Assembly: GCA_013239625.1 (NCBI GenBank)
Contig: MU054187.1
Location: 9,133,231 to 9,197,230 of the forward strand
Source of the DNA: Lama guanicoe
Lineage: Eukaryota
DNA: 64,000 nucleotides
Reading direction: 5' to 3'
Numbering within the stretch: the first letter of the stretch is position 1; every line of letters begins with the position of its first letter. Positions 52,120 through 64,000 of this stretch are shown here, one piece after another. Below the pieces are notes generated by a model. It worked only from the letters and a program-made list of their open reading frames with translations. It did no database searches and was not told the origin of the DNA. The translations under genes were made by a program, and so were the position numbers.

Positions 52120-52339
52120 GAAAAATAAGGCTCAATAATTTTTTGTTCACCCTTTGGAAAAAAAAAACTTTCCTGCTTGATTCAGTGACATTACTACTTT
52201 TGGATCTCAGAATCCCCCTCAGTAATTGTCATTTATAATAGAAACTTATGTTCTAAATAGACTGCCCTTTATGCAGTGATGAGGAAAAAATGTTTCCCAT
52301 AATTAATTTTAAAAAGCCACATCAAAAGAATATTAAGTT

Positions 52340-53218
52340 TTGTTAAAAAACAGAACTGAACCAAATAAGTTTGAAGAGCTAATTGGCCTATTCAGTGATT
52401 TGCAAATCCGGCAGCATCCCATCTAGCAAGTACATGCGTACCTCAGAGATACTGGGTGTTTGGTTCCAGACCACCACAACAAAGCAAATATTGCAATAAA
52501 GCAAGTCACATGGATGTTTTTTTGTTTCCCAGTACATATAAAAGTTGTTCGTACTTTATAATATTAAGTGTACAATAGCATTCTGTCTAAAAAGCCAGTG
52601 TCCATACTTTTAAAATATTTTATTGCTAAATAATGCTAACCATCATCTGAGCCTTCAGTGAGTGCTAATCTCTTTGCAACAGTAACATCAAAGATCACTG
52701 ATCACCATAACAAATATAAGAATAATGAAAAAGTTTTAGATAATTTGAGAATTACTAAAATATGACACAGAGACAAGAAGTGAGCAAATGCTATTAGAAA
52801 AATGGTACTGACAGACTTGTTTAATGCAGGGTTGCCTTAAACCTTCAATTTATAAAAAGTGCAGTATCTGTGAAGTGCAATAAATCAAGGTACACCTGTA
52901 GAGAGATACTCAGGAGAGGCTGCACAAAATGTAAGGTTTTTATAGGCAGAAGGAAGGCAGGGCAAAGAGGTATTAGAAAAGAAAGGACTGTTTCAGGCCT
53001 GGCCATCTTCTTTAGGAGGGAAGGAATGGGCTGGGGTCTTCATCATGCAGACTAGCTCACAAGTGTGATCAGTACATTTCAGTTGACTTTCAGAGATCAC
53101 ATTTCTGGGAGTTTTGAAACTGGAATTAAATCTTAGTTTGGTGTCATTAGGGGCAAATGACTCCATTTTGGGCCTGCTTTTGCTCTTTCCGTTTTTGCTT
53201 TTGCTTGTGTTTTAAACA
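52340..53218 (-). mobile_element. ERV1-class LTR (MER51/MER57-like), split by Tigger1
   Basis: tgttaaaaaa...aaaca termini; gatttgcaaatccggcagc; aatgactccatttt. Confidence 0.55.
52433..52898 (-). mobile_element. Internally deleted Tigger1 (Tigger1a-like, TcMar) with TA TSDs
   Basis: TIR-like ends catgcgtacctc... and ...aaggtacacctg, each flanked by TA; ttccagaccaccacaacaaagcaaatattgcaataaagcaagtcac. Confidence 0.85.
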
Positions 53219-54109
53219 GTTTCTAGTCCTTACTTTTGGAACTGAAAACACTTCAGTAGTTATTTTGTGCGGCATGTGCTCTGTACATTATACTGGTTTT
53301 TGTATTCTTTCCTACTAGTTTCTTTAACTCTTGTAGCAGCCGCTGGTCTCATGCATTTACCAAAGGCACCAAGTTTCCTCCCTGTGCTGTCATGTCAGAT
53401 GTGGTCAAAGATATCCTGTTTCTGCAGGAACAAGCACAACTTCCTTCATGCTGCACAAACACAAGCTGCCTCTGAGAAGTAATAAATTCCATACAGAAAA
53501 GTCTTCTAAAAATTATCATTATAAATTAGCTTTACAAGAGAGGAAGCCACAATGACAGCTAAACATTGTTGATACTACTCCATCTTCACTTCCAATTTCC
53601 CTTCCTTTGCCAAAAGAGCTGTGAGCAGATCAAGAAGATGCTGATAATGTTGCCGGGGCTGGTACCTCAGTCTACCCTTCAGGTACTGTATAGCTGAAGG
53701 GAACACCTTAAGTCTACCGGGCTCCTGTTAATTTCAAAGATGGACAAGATGCTTGGTTGGAGTTGGTAGAGGCAGTGGGTTCGGCCTGGACCCTTGAAAG
53801 AACTTGTATTCACGCAAGTGAAATAGTAGGTCAAAATTGCACACTGTACTCCATTATACTCTCTCCTAAAAAAGCATCTTTTTGTCATGCTGTCAGTTTC
53901 TAGTTCTGCCAACATTATTTCTATCATTTCCCTGGCACCTAAAAATCATTTAAATATGAATACAACACTAGCACTGCTAAGCATTTGGTAGGTGCCAAAG
54001 GCAGTTATTGATTCTTTCAGAAGTGCCTTGAAGAAATTATTATCTCTATCTGCAAGTAAGGAAACTGAGACTCCAAAAATTTAAGTAACTTGCTGAAAGT
54101 CCAGAGAGC

Positions 54110-55418
54110 ATGGATGTGGTCTGCCCTGAGTTCAGACAATAAGGAGGTACATTGCCTGCAGAAAAGTTAAATGTAATAATAAAACTGATGCAAAAGTCAG
54201 CCTGTCTTTTTTTTAACATTAAAAAAATTTGTGGTAAAATATATATAAAAATTTACCTTCTTAATTATTTCTAAGTGTACATCTCAGGGGCATTAAGTAT
54301 ATTCATATTATTGTGCCACCATTACCACCATCCATCTCCAGAACTCTTCATCTTGCAAAATTGAAAATTTGAACCAATTAAACAATAACTCCTCGCTTCT
54401 TTCTTCCCCTAGTCCCTGGCAACCACCACGGGACTTTTTGTCTCGATGGATTTGACTACTCTAAGTACTTCATGTAAGTGGAATTACAGTCCTTTTGTGA
54501 CTGGCTTATTTCACTTAGCATGTCTTCAAAGTTTACCCATGTTGTAGCAAATGTCAGAATTTCCTCCCTTTTTAAAGGCTGAATAATATTCCATTATATG
54601 CATATACTTCATTTTGTTTATCTATTCATCCGTTAATGTACATTTGGACTGCTTCCACTTTTGGCTATTGTGAATAACCTCCTATGAACAGAGTTATATG
54701 TGTGTTTAAATCATTATGTACCAGCAATTCTAGATGATGTCAGGGATAAAATATTCCTTCACCTCCAAAAACTTTTGTTGGCCATGTTTTAAGCAATTGT
54801 TGTAGGTAATATTGAATATTAACAATACAGTGTATGCCTCAAAACTAGCACATTTAAAAAGTTACTTTTCCTTTAATAAACATTGGATTCTACATGGAAG
54901 TGAATTCTGAGAACAAGAGTTAGAGTCTTCTATTTATTTAGCGAATAGTTCACGATGGGTTAAGACTGAGCTTGCTTTGAGTGAAATTCATATCTTGAAC
55001 CCCTACAGTACCACATATTCCTATGTGTAAATACTAAATTTAAAATAAACAATGATAGCACATGATTGTAAAGACAAAGAACAGAACTTCAGTCACTCTA
55101 ATGCTGTCCTATGTGAACAATTTGGAGTTTTTTATTTTTGTTTAAAATTCAAAGTAATAAAACAGCTGCCAACCATGAGGTATAATCTTTTTGTTTAGTA
55201 AGTACAAAGAGTTCATTCATTAAATATTCAGCTGACCTTTGATATCTTTAGCTTTAAAATGTACTTTTTAAAATTGTTGTTTAAAACTAAAGAATTAATC
55301 ATGAAAATAATGACCATTTACTAATTATCACATGAGTATTACTGAAAAAAACTTTGTTGTATAGAGGAGAGGAGGTTAAAAATAATGGTCTCCTCTGGTT
55401 GTCAAATATTTTAGGTTT
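54110..55418. mobile_element. Arthur1-like hAT-Tip100 element, split by an L1
   Basis: caataaggaggtacattg...aataataaaactga; cagcaattcta...gataaaata; cctttaataaacattggattctacatggaag. Confidence 0.65.
54212..54700 (-). mobile_element. L1MB 3' end
   Basis: ttgtgccaccattaccaccatccatctccagaact...ggctgaataatattccatt. Confidence 0.88.
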
Positions 55419-56729
55419 ATCAAAGTCACAAGCTTATAAGCAGCAGGGCACGTGTTCAAAGTCAGACTTATCTGACTCAGTCAAATCTGTCTAATGTTTT
55501 CTACCCCTACTCTAGGCTATTTAATTATTAGCATGCTTGCCCATTTTCTAAAGATAGTTTACCAGCTACTAGTGTGGTGTAATGGTTAAAACACCTACTA
55601 CATAGCAAGTACAATGTCATGCTGAACATGGCATTCTCCTCCTCTCAACATAACCTCTAAGGCTCCAAGAAAACAGTAGCCAAATAAATAGTTGTTTAAG
55701 GCATAACGCTATGCAAACATCCATGCCAATTTTACTAAACACTAAAGGGAAAGGACGAGTAATTAATTGTTTTAGGGGAAACACCTTTAAATTTTAATTA
55801 AATTCTGTGTGTAATTTGGAAGCTTATCAGAAAATTGAGAAAGCTTAGATTTTGTCACCAAAACTTAGTTTCAGCTATTTAGCAAAATGATAAAAACTAG
55901 GACATCAAGAAACTTGAGTTAAATTCTGATTATATCATTTTGCATATGAATTTGGTATAACATAGTGACACAGTATGACTGGCAGCACTATGTCTCTTTT
56001 TCTTATAGAAAGAATGTATCTCTAATATAAGATGGGTACTTTAACATTTTCCTGGCTTTAAGTTATGGAATAGAGCACGTAAGGTTTATTGCCTTCTCTG
56101 TGAATGCAGACCATGTGGTCTACAACAATCAAAAGTATTTTAAAGAGTACACACAGAGGAAAAAAAAAAATTCAAGGAGCCTAAGCCTGTTTTTCTGGTC
56201 TGTGGACAGAGCTCCTTTTGGGTCGTGAATCCATCTTGAAGCATTTTGCTTCTCTCTTCTAATGAGAAGCCATATTTTATCAGACTGCCATTAAAGCTCT
56301 TTTCTAATTTGTTCACAAATTTTTCGAACTGGAAGGGCAGAACAGTGGCCCTATACACTTCCCTTCCGGTTTACATCTCCCTTTGGTAAGAACTGTCAGC
56401 AACAGGTAAATCCACTGACTGTGCCGTCACTTGGCCTAACCTGGTTTTCCCAAACGCCTAATGGCGTGATGTGGGAGGCTTTGCTGGGTGCCTTGCTAAA
56501 CCCACTAATGCTACGTCTACTTACTTCTTTTTATCTGACTTGTTAGTAATTAAGTGTGATGGTAACCTTGCCCCCCAAAAATGAGGTTAACTATACCTGA
56601 TTTGTTAGTAAGCCTGTTACAGCTTTCAGTGGTCACATCTTTCCTGTTTTAGGAAAAACATTATTTGATTGTTCTCAAACTTTGCTCAGGATTAACATTA
56701 CCAATACATAGTTTGCAGATACAACAATA

Positions 56730-56965
56730 ACCCCAATCACTGCCATTTTATTAAGTGACTACTCTTTGCCAAGCATTGTATTAAGTGCTTTATTTATGTT
56801 ATTTCATTCAATTTCTACCACAAGCCTATGAGGTAGATTTTAGCAGATGGAGAATGACGGCCGGGGTTGTTTAATTGCTTTTCCAGATCCCCATGGCTTA
56901 TATAAGACAGCCAGTATCAACTTCACATCTGTCTAATTTGTATGCCCATGCTCATAACTACAGCT
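56730..56965. mobile_element. MIR fragment
   Basis: tgccaagcattgtattaagtgcttt...caagcctatgaggtag. Confidence 0.55.
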
Positions 56966-57831
56966 TTGATCACCTGATGATATCCTGTGCAAATCAATAT
57001 CATTGCCCTTTCCAAATGTTTACTGTATTATCTGTTAACTGTCTCCCTTCTCTGGGAACCATGTCTTATTTCTCTTACCCCCAGTGTTTCGCACAGTACT
57101 TGTTACATAAGAAGGTTATCAATCAAGTTTTGTTAAATAAATGCATTAAAAATGTCTTTCTGCTATTAATGATATTCCCATGTCTGAAAATTAGGAGACT
57201 ACTTGCCTTGTCCGATACCTATCTTCCTTACCACAGGGATTACAGACAGTGGTGCAATTCTCTCTCTGTTTCTGGCGGTCGGGGGTTCTCATACTATTCT
57301 CCCTCTCCAAGGATTAAAGAGAGTTTTTGTCTTAGCTCTTTCAATATGATGATCATCACCTGTGCAGAGAACACAAGGCAAAATGGAAAACGAGCCATTT
57401 CCTTTTCCTTTAGGAAAGCCACACATGAACTTATGCCTGCTCTATGCTTTGCCTCTAAAGATAAATTACTTCCCTTATTGCCTGTAACTTTTTCTTTATT
57501 AAATGGATGGCCATCTTTAAATTCATAATATGCTGTGGTAACCCATTTAAAACTGAGTCCTCCTAGGCCTGAAGTCTCATTCTTTTACTTACTTATGAAA
57601 TCACATTAAAAAGTAATTTAACAATATCAGAATACTGGGAGAAGAATAAGTTAATAAATGTTCCCTAATACTTCAAGAATTTTGAATTATTGTATATAGC
57701 GATCTCAAAAAAGGAGAAAAAAGGCAAAAATGGTGGTTTTATTCTTTAAAATGGACAGATATTCTATTTTGGCTTTGGCTAACATCTACTAATTCTTCCC
57801 TCCCTGCCTATTCTGACTACACCCCCCCCCC

Positions 57832-57832
<1 letters not shown>

Positions 57833-57886
<54 letters not shown>
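57833..57886. repeat. (AC)27 perfect microsatellite preceded by a C10 run
   Basis: Seen directly. Confidence 0.97.
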
Positions 57887-57888
<2 letters not shown>

Positions 57889-58691
57889 GAATACATGCTC
57901 AGTGGGTTTGGTAGTTATCTCTTCCCAGCAAGGAATTCTGTTTTGGTCAATAATTTGTAATGGGCTTGACATTCAACTTACTGTGGTCCCTAACTTATTA
58001 GCCCCCAGAGAGGGAACCAGATGGCGGAAATCAAGATCTTCATGTATTCAAGGGTTAGCTACATCAAAAGACTGACTTTAGCAAATGCCAGAAACAACCT
58101 TGAACTCAGAAGGAGAGCCATTTGCTAAGATCCCCAGCTAAGAAGGAGTAAGGCTGGAGCATCTCCAAGTCATAGCGGAACCAGATAAAAGTCAGATGCA
58201 GGGTGCTGGGAGAAGTGAAATGGATAAAAGGGGTCAACTGTATGGTTATGAATGGAAACTAAATTTTGTGGTGAGCACACTGTAGTGTATACAGAAGTAG
58301 AAATACAATGTTATACACATGAAACTTTAAAAAAAACCCAGACATGAATCTGGGTTAAAGAGGATACTACATCATACAAGTGGAAAGAGATGTTTCTAGA
58401 CAAGATCTGCCTCCTAATCTCATCAGGAAGGTTTGTCCATTTTTTATCTCCCTTTTGTCTATGCTACATATCTCATAAAGTGGTAGAAATTCATTGCCAC
58501 TTTTAAGTGCTATTTATACAGCTATTCATTTCATTTAGTTAATTCAGTCATTAACTATCATTATTAGGAATATTACCAGATGTTAAAGGTGCAAAAATGA
58601 GTTAAGTCAATATATTCTCAGAGCAGCAAATGAACCAATCATGCCAATCAGTACACCTGTTCTCCATCATAACATAAAACAAAGCAATTAG

Positions 58692-58801
58692 TGGAGGCGG
58701 GGTATAGCTCAGTGGCAGAGTACATGCTTATTAGCATGCATGAGGTCCTGTGTTCAATCCCCAGTACTTCCATTAAAAAAACAACAACAAAAAGGCAACA
58801 C
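58692..58801 (+). mobile_element. tRNA-derived camelid SINE (Vic-1-like) with TSD
   Basis: ggggtatagctcagtggcagag (A box)...gtgttcaatccccagtacttccattaaaa (B box and tail); TSD aaaacaaagcaattag / aaaatacagcaattag. Confidence 0.85.
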
Positions 58802-59119
58802 AAAATACAGCAATTAGAAAGCTCTTGCTCTAAGTCAGCATTACAAGGTACAGGAAAAAGAATATATTATTATGTGGTATGCATGCTTATCAAAGTGCTT
58901 ATAAATGTAGCATTAAGTATTAAAAGCATATGATGTATACATCTCAGGCCTTCCAAGATAGGATTACAAAAAGTCATCTGTATATCCCAGATCTTACCAA
59001 GATGTACTATTTGATACATCTAAATAAAGTCATACTTTTGATAATAAATTATTATGCACTGAGTGCTCACTCATGAAACTACTGCTCTTCAGTGTCATAT
59101 TTGCTTTTCCCCTCTCTCT

Positions 59120-59560
59120 GCCTTTCTGTACACATACATACACACATTATTACTATTAATTTTTTGATAAAACCATTTGAGAATAAGTTACAGACATCAT
59201 GACCCTTCACTTCTAAATACCTGGTTGTATCTCCTAAATACCTCTGAAAGACAAGACATTATCTTACATGACCACAATGCACTAATAAAATTCAGGAAAT
59301 TTAATAGTGATATGTTACTACTATCCAACACACAGCCCTTATTCAAATTTTACCAATTATCCCGATAATTAAATGTCTTCTACAGCATTTACTTCTTGGA
59401 TCAGGAGTCAATCCAGGATCCCACATTTCATTCAGTTGTCATGTCTCCTGTCTCCTTCACTCTGGAACGGCTTCTCAGCCTCCCTGTACCTTTCATGAAA
59501 TTCACATTCTTGAGTATGGGCTGGTTGTTCATGGAATGTCCTTCAGTTAGGTTTCTCTCA
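59120..59560 (-). mobile_element. L1MC-type 3' UTR fragment
   Basis: aaaccatttgagaataagttacagacatcatgaccc...aaattcaggaaatttaa. Confidence 0.7.
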
Positions 59561-59838
59561 CTATTTTCCCAGGCTGTTTTTCAGAGTTTCCCAGGGCACT
59601 GCCTCATGTGTGATCTGGAGCCAGTCCTTCTGGTTCTTCTGTCTGGCTGGCTGACTTCCCTGCCCTCCACGTGGCTGCTGCTGCTGCTTCTGCACTTCAG
59701 GAGGAAGCCTGGTTATCTCCTGCTGACATCGCCTCTTAGATCCTCTCAGACCTCCAAGAAAGTGTGCTCTCGCTCCAAACCCTGGACAGGTACTCCTCAA
59801 TTCCTCACAGCACACATGAGGCCAGGTTATAGCTTTTT

Positions 59839-60798
59839 TTTTTAAATTGAGGTATAGTCAGTTTACAATGTTGTGTCAGTTTCTGGTGTACAGAATATTA
59901 GTTCAGTCATACATATACACACATATATTCATTTTCATATTCTTTGTCACCATAGGTTACTACAAGGTATTGAATATAATTCCCTGTGCTATACAGTAGA
60001 AGCTTGTTGTTTATCTATATTATATATATATTAGTTAATATCTGCAAATCTCGAACTCCCAAGTTATCCCTTCCCACCCCCTTCCCCCTGGTAACCATAA
60101 GTTTGTGTCTGTGAGTTTGTCTCTGTTTTGTAAATAAGTTTATTTCTGTCCATTTTTTAGATTCTACATATCATATGGTATTTTTATTTATCTTTCTGGC
60201 TTAATTCACTTAATACGACAATCTTCAGGTCCATCCATGTTGCTGCAGATGGCATTATTTTATTCTTTATGGCTGAGTAGTATTCCATTTCATACATTCC
60301 ACATCTTTTTTTATCTAGTCATCTGTTGATGGACAACTTGATCATGGTGTATAATCTTTTTTATGAGTTGTTGGATTCTGTCTGCTAATATTTTGTTGAG
60401 GATTTTTGCATCTATGTTCGTCAATGATATTGGCTATACTTTTCTTTTTTGGTAGTGTCTTTGTCTGGCTTTGGTATCAGGGTGATGGTGGCTTTGTACA
60501 ATGAGTTTGGGAATATTCCCTCCTCTTCAATCTTTTGGAAGAGTTTGAGAAGGATCGGTATGAGTTCTTCTTTGTATATTTGATTTGGACTTTTGTTTGC
60601 AGGAGGTTTTTTATTGCTGACTCTGTTTCACTTCTAGTGATTGGTCTGTTCAAATGATCTATTTCTTCTTGATTCTGTTTTGGTGGATAGTTTGTTTCTA
60701 GAAACTTGTCCATTTCTTCTAAGTTGTCCAATGTATTGCCATATAGTTGTTCATAGTATTCTTTTATGATTTTTTCATATTTCTGTGGTATTGGTGTT
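59839..60798 (-). mobile_element. Camelid L1 with ~2 kb internal deletion, 17-bp TSD
   Basis: TSD ccaggttatagcttttt (59822-59838) / ccaggctatagcttttt (60799-60815); DNLEEMDKFLE segment joined directly to the ORF2 C-terminus. Confidence 0.9.
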
Positions 60799-61849
60799 CC
60801 AGGCTATAGCTTTTTAACAAAATTTCATTCAATGCTCGAGGGTAACACAGCATAACCCAGAGAATAATGTCAAACTGTTACCGAAAAGTTAATACTCTTA
60901 GAGCCCACAGGCTAAAACATGACCTCAGAGTCTTTAAATAAAGTGTTTCCTGCCTCCCCATGGAAGGGTCAGCTCACTCCACCACAAATGCTCCTATAAT
61001 GTCCATGCTAGGGATTCCAGACCGAGCAATAAACCCAGGCATAGAGAGAGAAAAACATTGTCCTCAATGGCCTTACGTCCTGATTTAGGAGGACTGTCAT
61101 CCCAGAATGAGTGATACTACAGAGAGCCAGCTCCTTACCTGGGAACCTCACTTTTAAGTACTGATCAGGCTTACCTTGCCCAGCAGGTCTCATCCTCCCA
61201 GACACATTTACTAAAGTTAGGCTGTCTAGTTTTATGTAACACCACATGTGGGCCACCAAGAATCCAGCCTGGAGGCACTGCCTCAAGCCAAATACAATCC
61301 CTTTACAGCCTTTTCTCCAGCATGTGGTGAAGAGTAGAATGGTCCTTCACACACCCTACTACAGCTGGGTTTTCATTCCTGATCTCCCGTAAACAAATGC
61401 TTGGGCAAGAATCCATCAACACACCTCCCAGGAACAACCAGTAATTTTCAGACATAAGAAATTCTAAATGTAGATTGAGAAAAAAATTATAACTCTGCAG
61501 GAGCATAATTGAGCTTAAGATACACCCGATTTACATGACTAAATAGACTGTTCAAAGCATTTGCATTTGGGTTAGTTCATCGCATTTTGGCTTTCTTTAA
61601 GAAAAACAGTGAGTACTTACTTGCCCTTATATCTACAAAATTAAAAGGCCCATTGAAGATATGTTTACAAAAACTGATTTAGCAGTTTGGCCCCAAAGGT
61701 AAATTCCAGTCTACCCCGGAGGTTAAAACTGCTTATAACTTCAAGACTGGAAGGTTTTCTAGCCTCAACTATTTTTTTACTTTATTTAAGGCTCATTTTC
61801 AGCTACTTCAAATATGCCCTACCTTTCCGGCTTTGTCACCCAAAGTCCT

Positions 61850-62280
61850 CTCTCAACATCTTGTGCTCCTGACAAAAAAGAGCGTTTTGCTGATCTCGGA
61901 TTCTACACTTTACTGTCTCACTTTCAGACTCTTGCTTTTGTGGACCTCCTCTCTTTAACATTCTCACCATCATACCAATCTCTCAAAATTTTACCTAGCC
62001 TTCAAAGATCTCCTCTAATGCCATCTCTCAACCTTCTCAACTGGATGTAATCAATCTTTCCTCTTAAAATCCCATAGCACAATATTGTTACCTTTTCCTT
62101 TCTTACAGCAGTATGTTCTACCTTATGTTGAAGTTATTGGGTGCATGTCTTATCTGTCCAACCTGGCATTCTCAAGGCCAGTAACAGAACCTTACTCACC
62201 CTGGTATGTCTCCCATCATCTGTCAATGGTACCTTGTAAATAGCAGGCATTCAAAATATTTATACAGTTGAACTGAACTA
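61850..62280 (+). mobile_element. L2 3' fragment
   Basis: Pyrimidine-rich text ending tagcaggcattcaaaatattta...gttgaactgaac. Confidence 0.5.
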
Positions 62281-63479
62281 AAACCTAGTGCATACAATAT
62301 CTCCCAGGAAATTCATAGCTCTGAACTAAATTACATCACACGGCAAATCTGAAAATATTAATTCAAGGATGAGAGATGAAATCTGTTATTAATTTGCCAA
62401 CTACAACTTTGGGTAAACGTTAACAAAGACAGGCATTGTAAATAAAGCCCATTTTCAGTCAAAACTAATAGACATTTGATGGCACAGAGTACAACAACTG
62501 GATATAATGATTCCAAGGTGTTAGAGCTTGAAATTTATGAAAAAAGTACAATCCCAGCTGAATGAAAATAAGAAATTTCTCATGCTTTCTCTACTATTGG
62601 TTGGCTATACTGAAAGGAAAATGAAAAGCAAAAAACAAGAATGTAACAGACTAGACAAAGATCTTTGGTGACACATTTCTGGTGATGTTTTGGTCATTAC
62701 ATCATTATTATCAGATATAGTCACTGAAGGCTTATCAGAATGGGCTGCTGATCAGCTAACTCGATCTTAACATATTGAGATGGAAAAAATACGATATTAA
62801 CAACTGTAGATGGGTTCCTTCTTGGGGAAGACTCACCTTTCTTATGGATAAAGCTTTGAGAAATCTGTAAAGAGTTCATTGTAGTTCCCTGCAGGGTATA
62901 GGTGTCAGATGCTTTGAAGTCTTTTGAGGGAGAAAGAGTCAAAATTGCAATTGGGGTGAGGCAGAGGGAGAAGGGAGAGAAAGAAAAAGAAGAGACATGA
63001 ACATGAGTAAATGCCACGTTTGGTGGGGTACTGTGAACTAAGCAAGGTAACTCTTCTCAGTGACCTCATGCACATTCAGGAAATTTTACAGAATCACGGA
63101 AGATTGAGGTGAGTGGGTTTCTTACGAAAACCAGTAAAGTGGCCAAGTCCTGCATCATGGTTTTTGTGGGAAATAAAATAGAGACAGTAAGTTCTGGTGC
63201 TCGGGCCTGAGTCAGAGGAGATTTGAAGGCCTTAACTTGGTGACAGTCCCCAGAAATCCTGGGGACTTCCCCACCCCCTGAATATGAGAGGCTTTGAAAA
63301 AAATTCCCCCCAGAGCCCAGAAAAAGAGAGGTCCTCAAATCAAATCAGCATTACAGCAACTTTAGTGGTCACAGGCTTATAATTTAATATTCTAGGGATA
63401 TTAACCCATGACTTATTTACATAAACACTACCTCCATTTATAAGAAGGGCAAATAATGCTTGAGGCAGCAGAATGTAGA

Positions 63480-63610
63480 ATTTATGAGCATAGACCCTGG
63501 AGCCAGATGTCTGAGTCTGATTCACTTTTTACCAGCCATGTGATCCTTAGTACCCCCTGTGCCTCAGTTTCTTCATTTGAAAAATGGGGGGAATAAAAGT
63601 ACTTATCTGT
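63480..63610. mobile_element. MIR
   Basis: ctggagccaga...ctgtgcctcagtttcttcatttgaaaaatggg. Confidence 0.75.
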
Positions 63611-63894
63611 GAGCAAAGGGCTTAACAAAACCTATTATTCCTCTGTAAGACTTAAACATTGGTTAACTATCCAGCTCTGTTCTCCTGGTAACCTGGGAAA
63701 AGGAGAAATGTCAACAAGACATTGTCTTTTAAGGTAAAAATGAGCCCTGAGTGGTAAATTGCTTCTGCACTGGAGGAATTAGGAAAAAATCCACAAAGGC
63801 CTGATGAGGATGCCACTTCGGGCATCGCTGGGTACAGTGACCCTTAAAACTGGGCTTGTGCCTATAGGCGTGAAGCTATGCCTCTAAAAATCCT

Positions 63895-64000
63895 ACAGGA
63901 GATACTAAGCAAGAATCATGCTTCATGGTATTTACCCAAACGAGTTGAAAACTTATATCAATACAAAAACCTGTACACAGATGTTTATAGCAGATTTATT
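63895..64000 (+). mobile_element. L1M ORF2 3' fragment (runs off window)
   Basis: ggtatttacccaaacgagttgaaaacttat...cagatgtttatagcag. Confidence 0.65.

Noticed and set aside
58692..58775. tRNA-like sequence with A and B boxes
   Set aside because: The A-tail, TSDs and indels show it is a SINE, not a tRNA gene; the same applies to 23099-23226.
59396..59845. 149-aa ORF
   Set aside because: Non-ATG start, partly antisense L1MC-derived, no recognisable domain.
1..64000. Prokaryote-style systems (CRISPR arrays, operons, defence loci)
   Set aside because: The sequence is clearly mammalian intron and intergenic DNA; no such structure was seen.

Overview
Mammalian genomic DNA, most likely camelid (alpaca/llama/camel), judging by two tRNA-derived Vic-1-like SINEs, cetartiodactyl-type L1 3' UTRs and no recognisable Alu, BovB or PRE-1. 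The only protein-coding sequence I can identify is the first coding exon of PDE7A (PDE7A1 isoform, minus strand, 5584-5721, MEVCYQLPVLPLDRPVPQHVLSRRGAISF...). It lies in a ~1.8 kb CpG-island promoter with two perfect CRE sites. Positions 1-5583 are PDE7A intron 1, and ~6900-64000 is upstream intergenic DNA dominated by L1, L2, MIR, MaLR/ERVL/ERV1 LTRs and hAT/Tigger DNA transposons, often nested. I found no convincing novel multi-gene system. The best leads are small-scale: a 112-bp templated insertion into a (TA)n tract, an L1 3' transduction, an L1 missing ~2 kb inside a single TSD pair, two poly(A)-only insertions, an ERV1 solo LTR next to the PDE7A promoter, a 211-codon orphan ORF with acceptor and poly(A) signals, and exon-like relics at 22.6-24.3 kb. 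Repeat family names come from recalled consensus sequences, not a database search, and most repeat boundaries are approximate.
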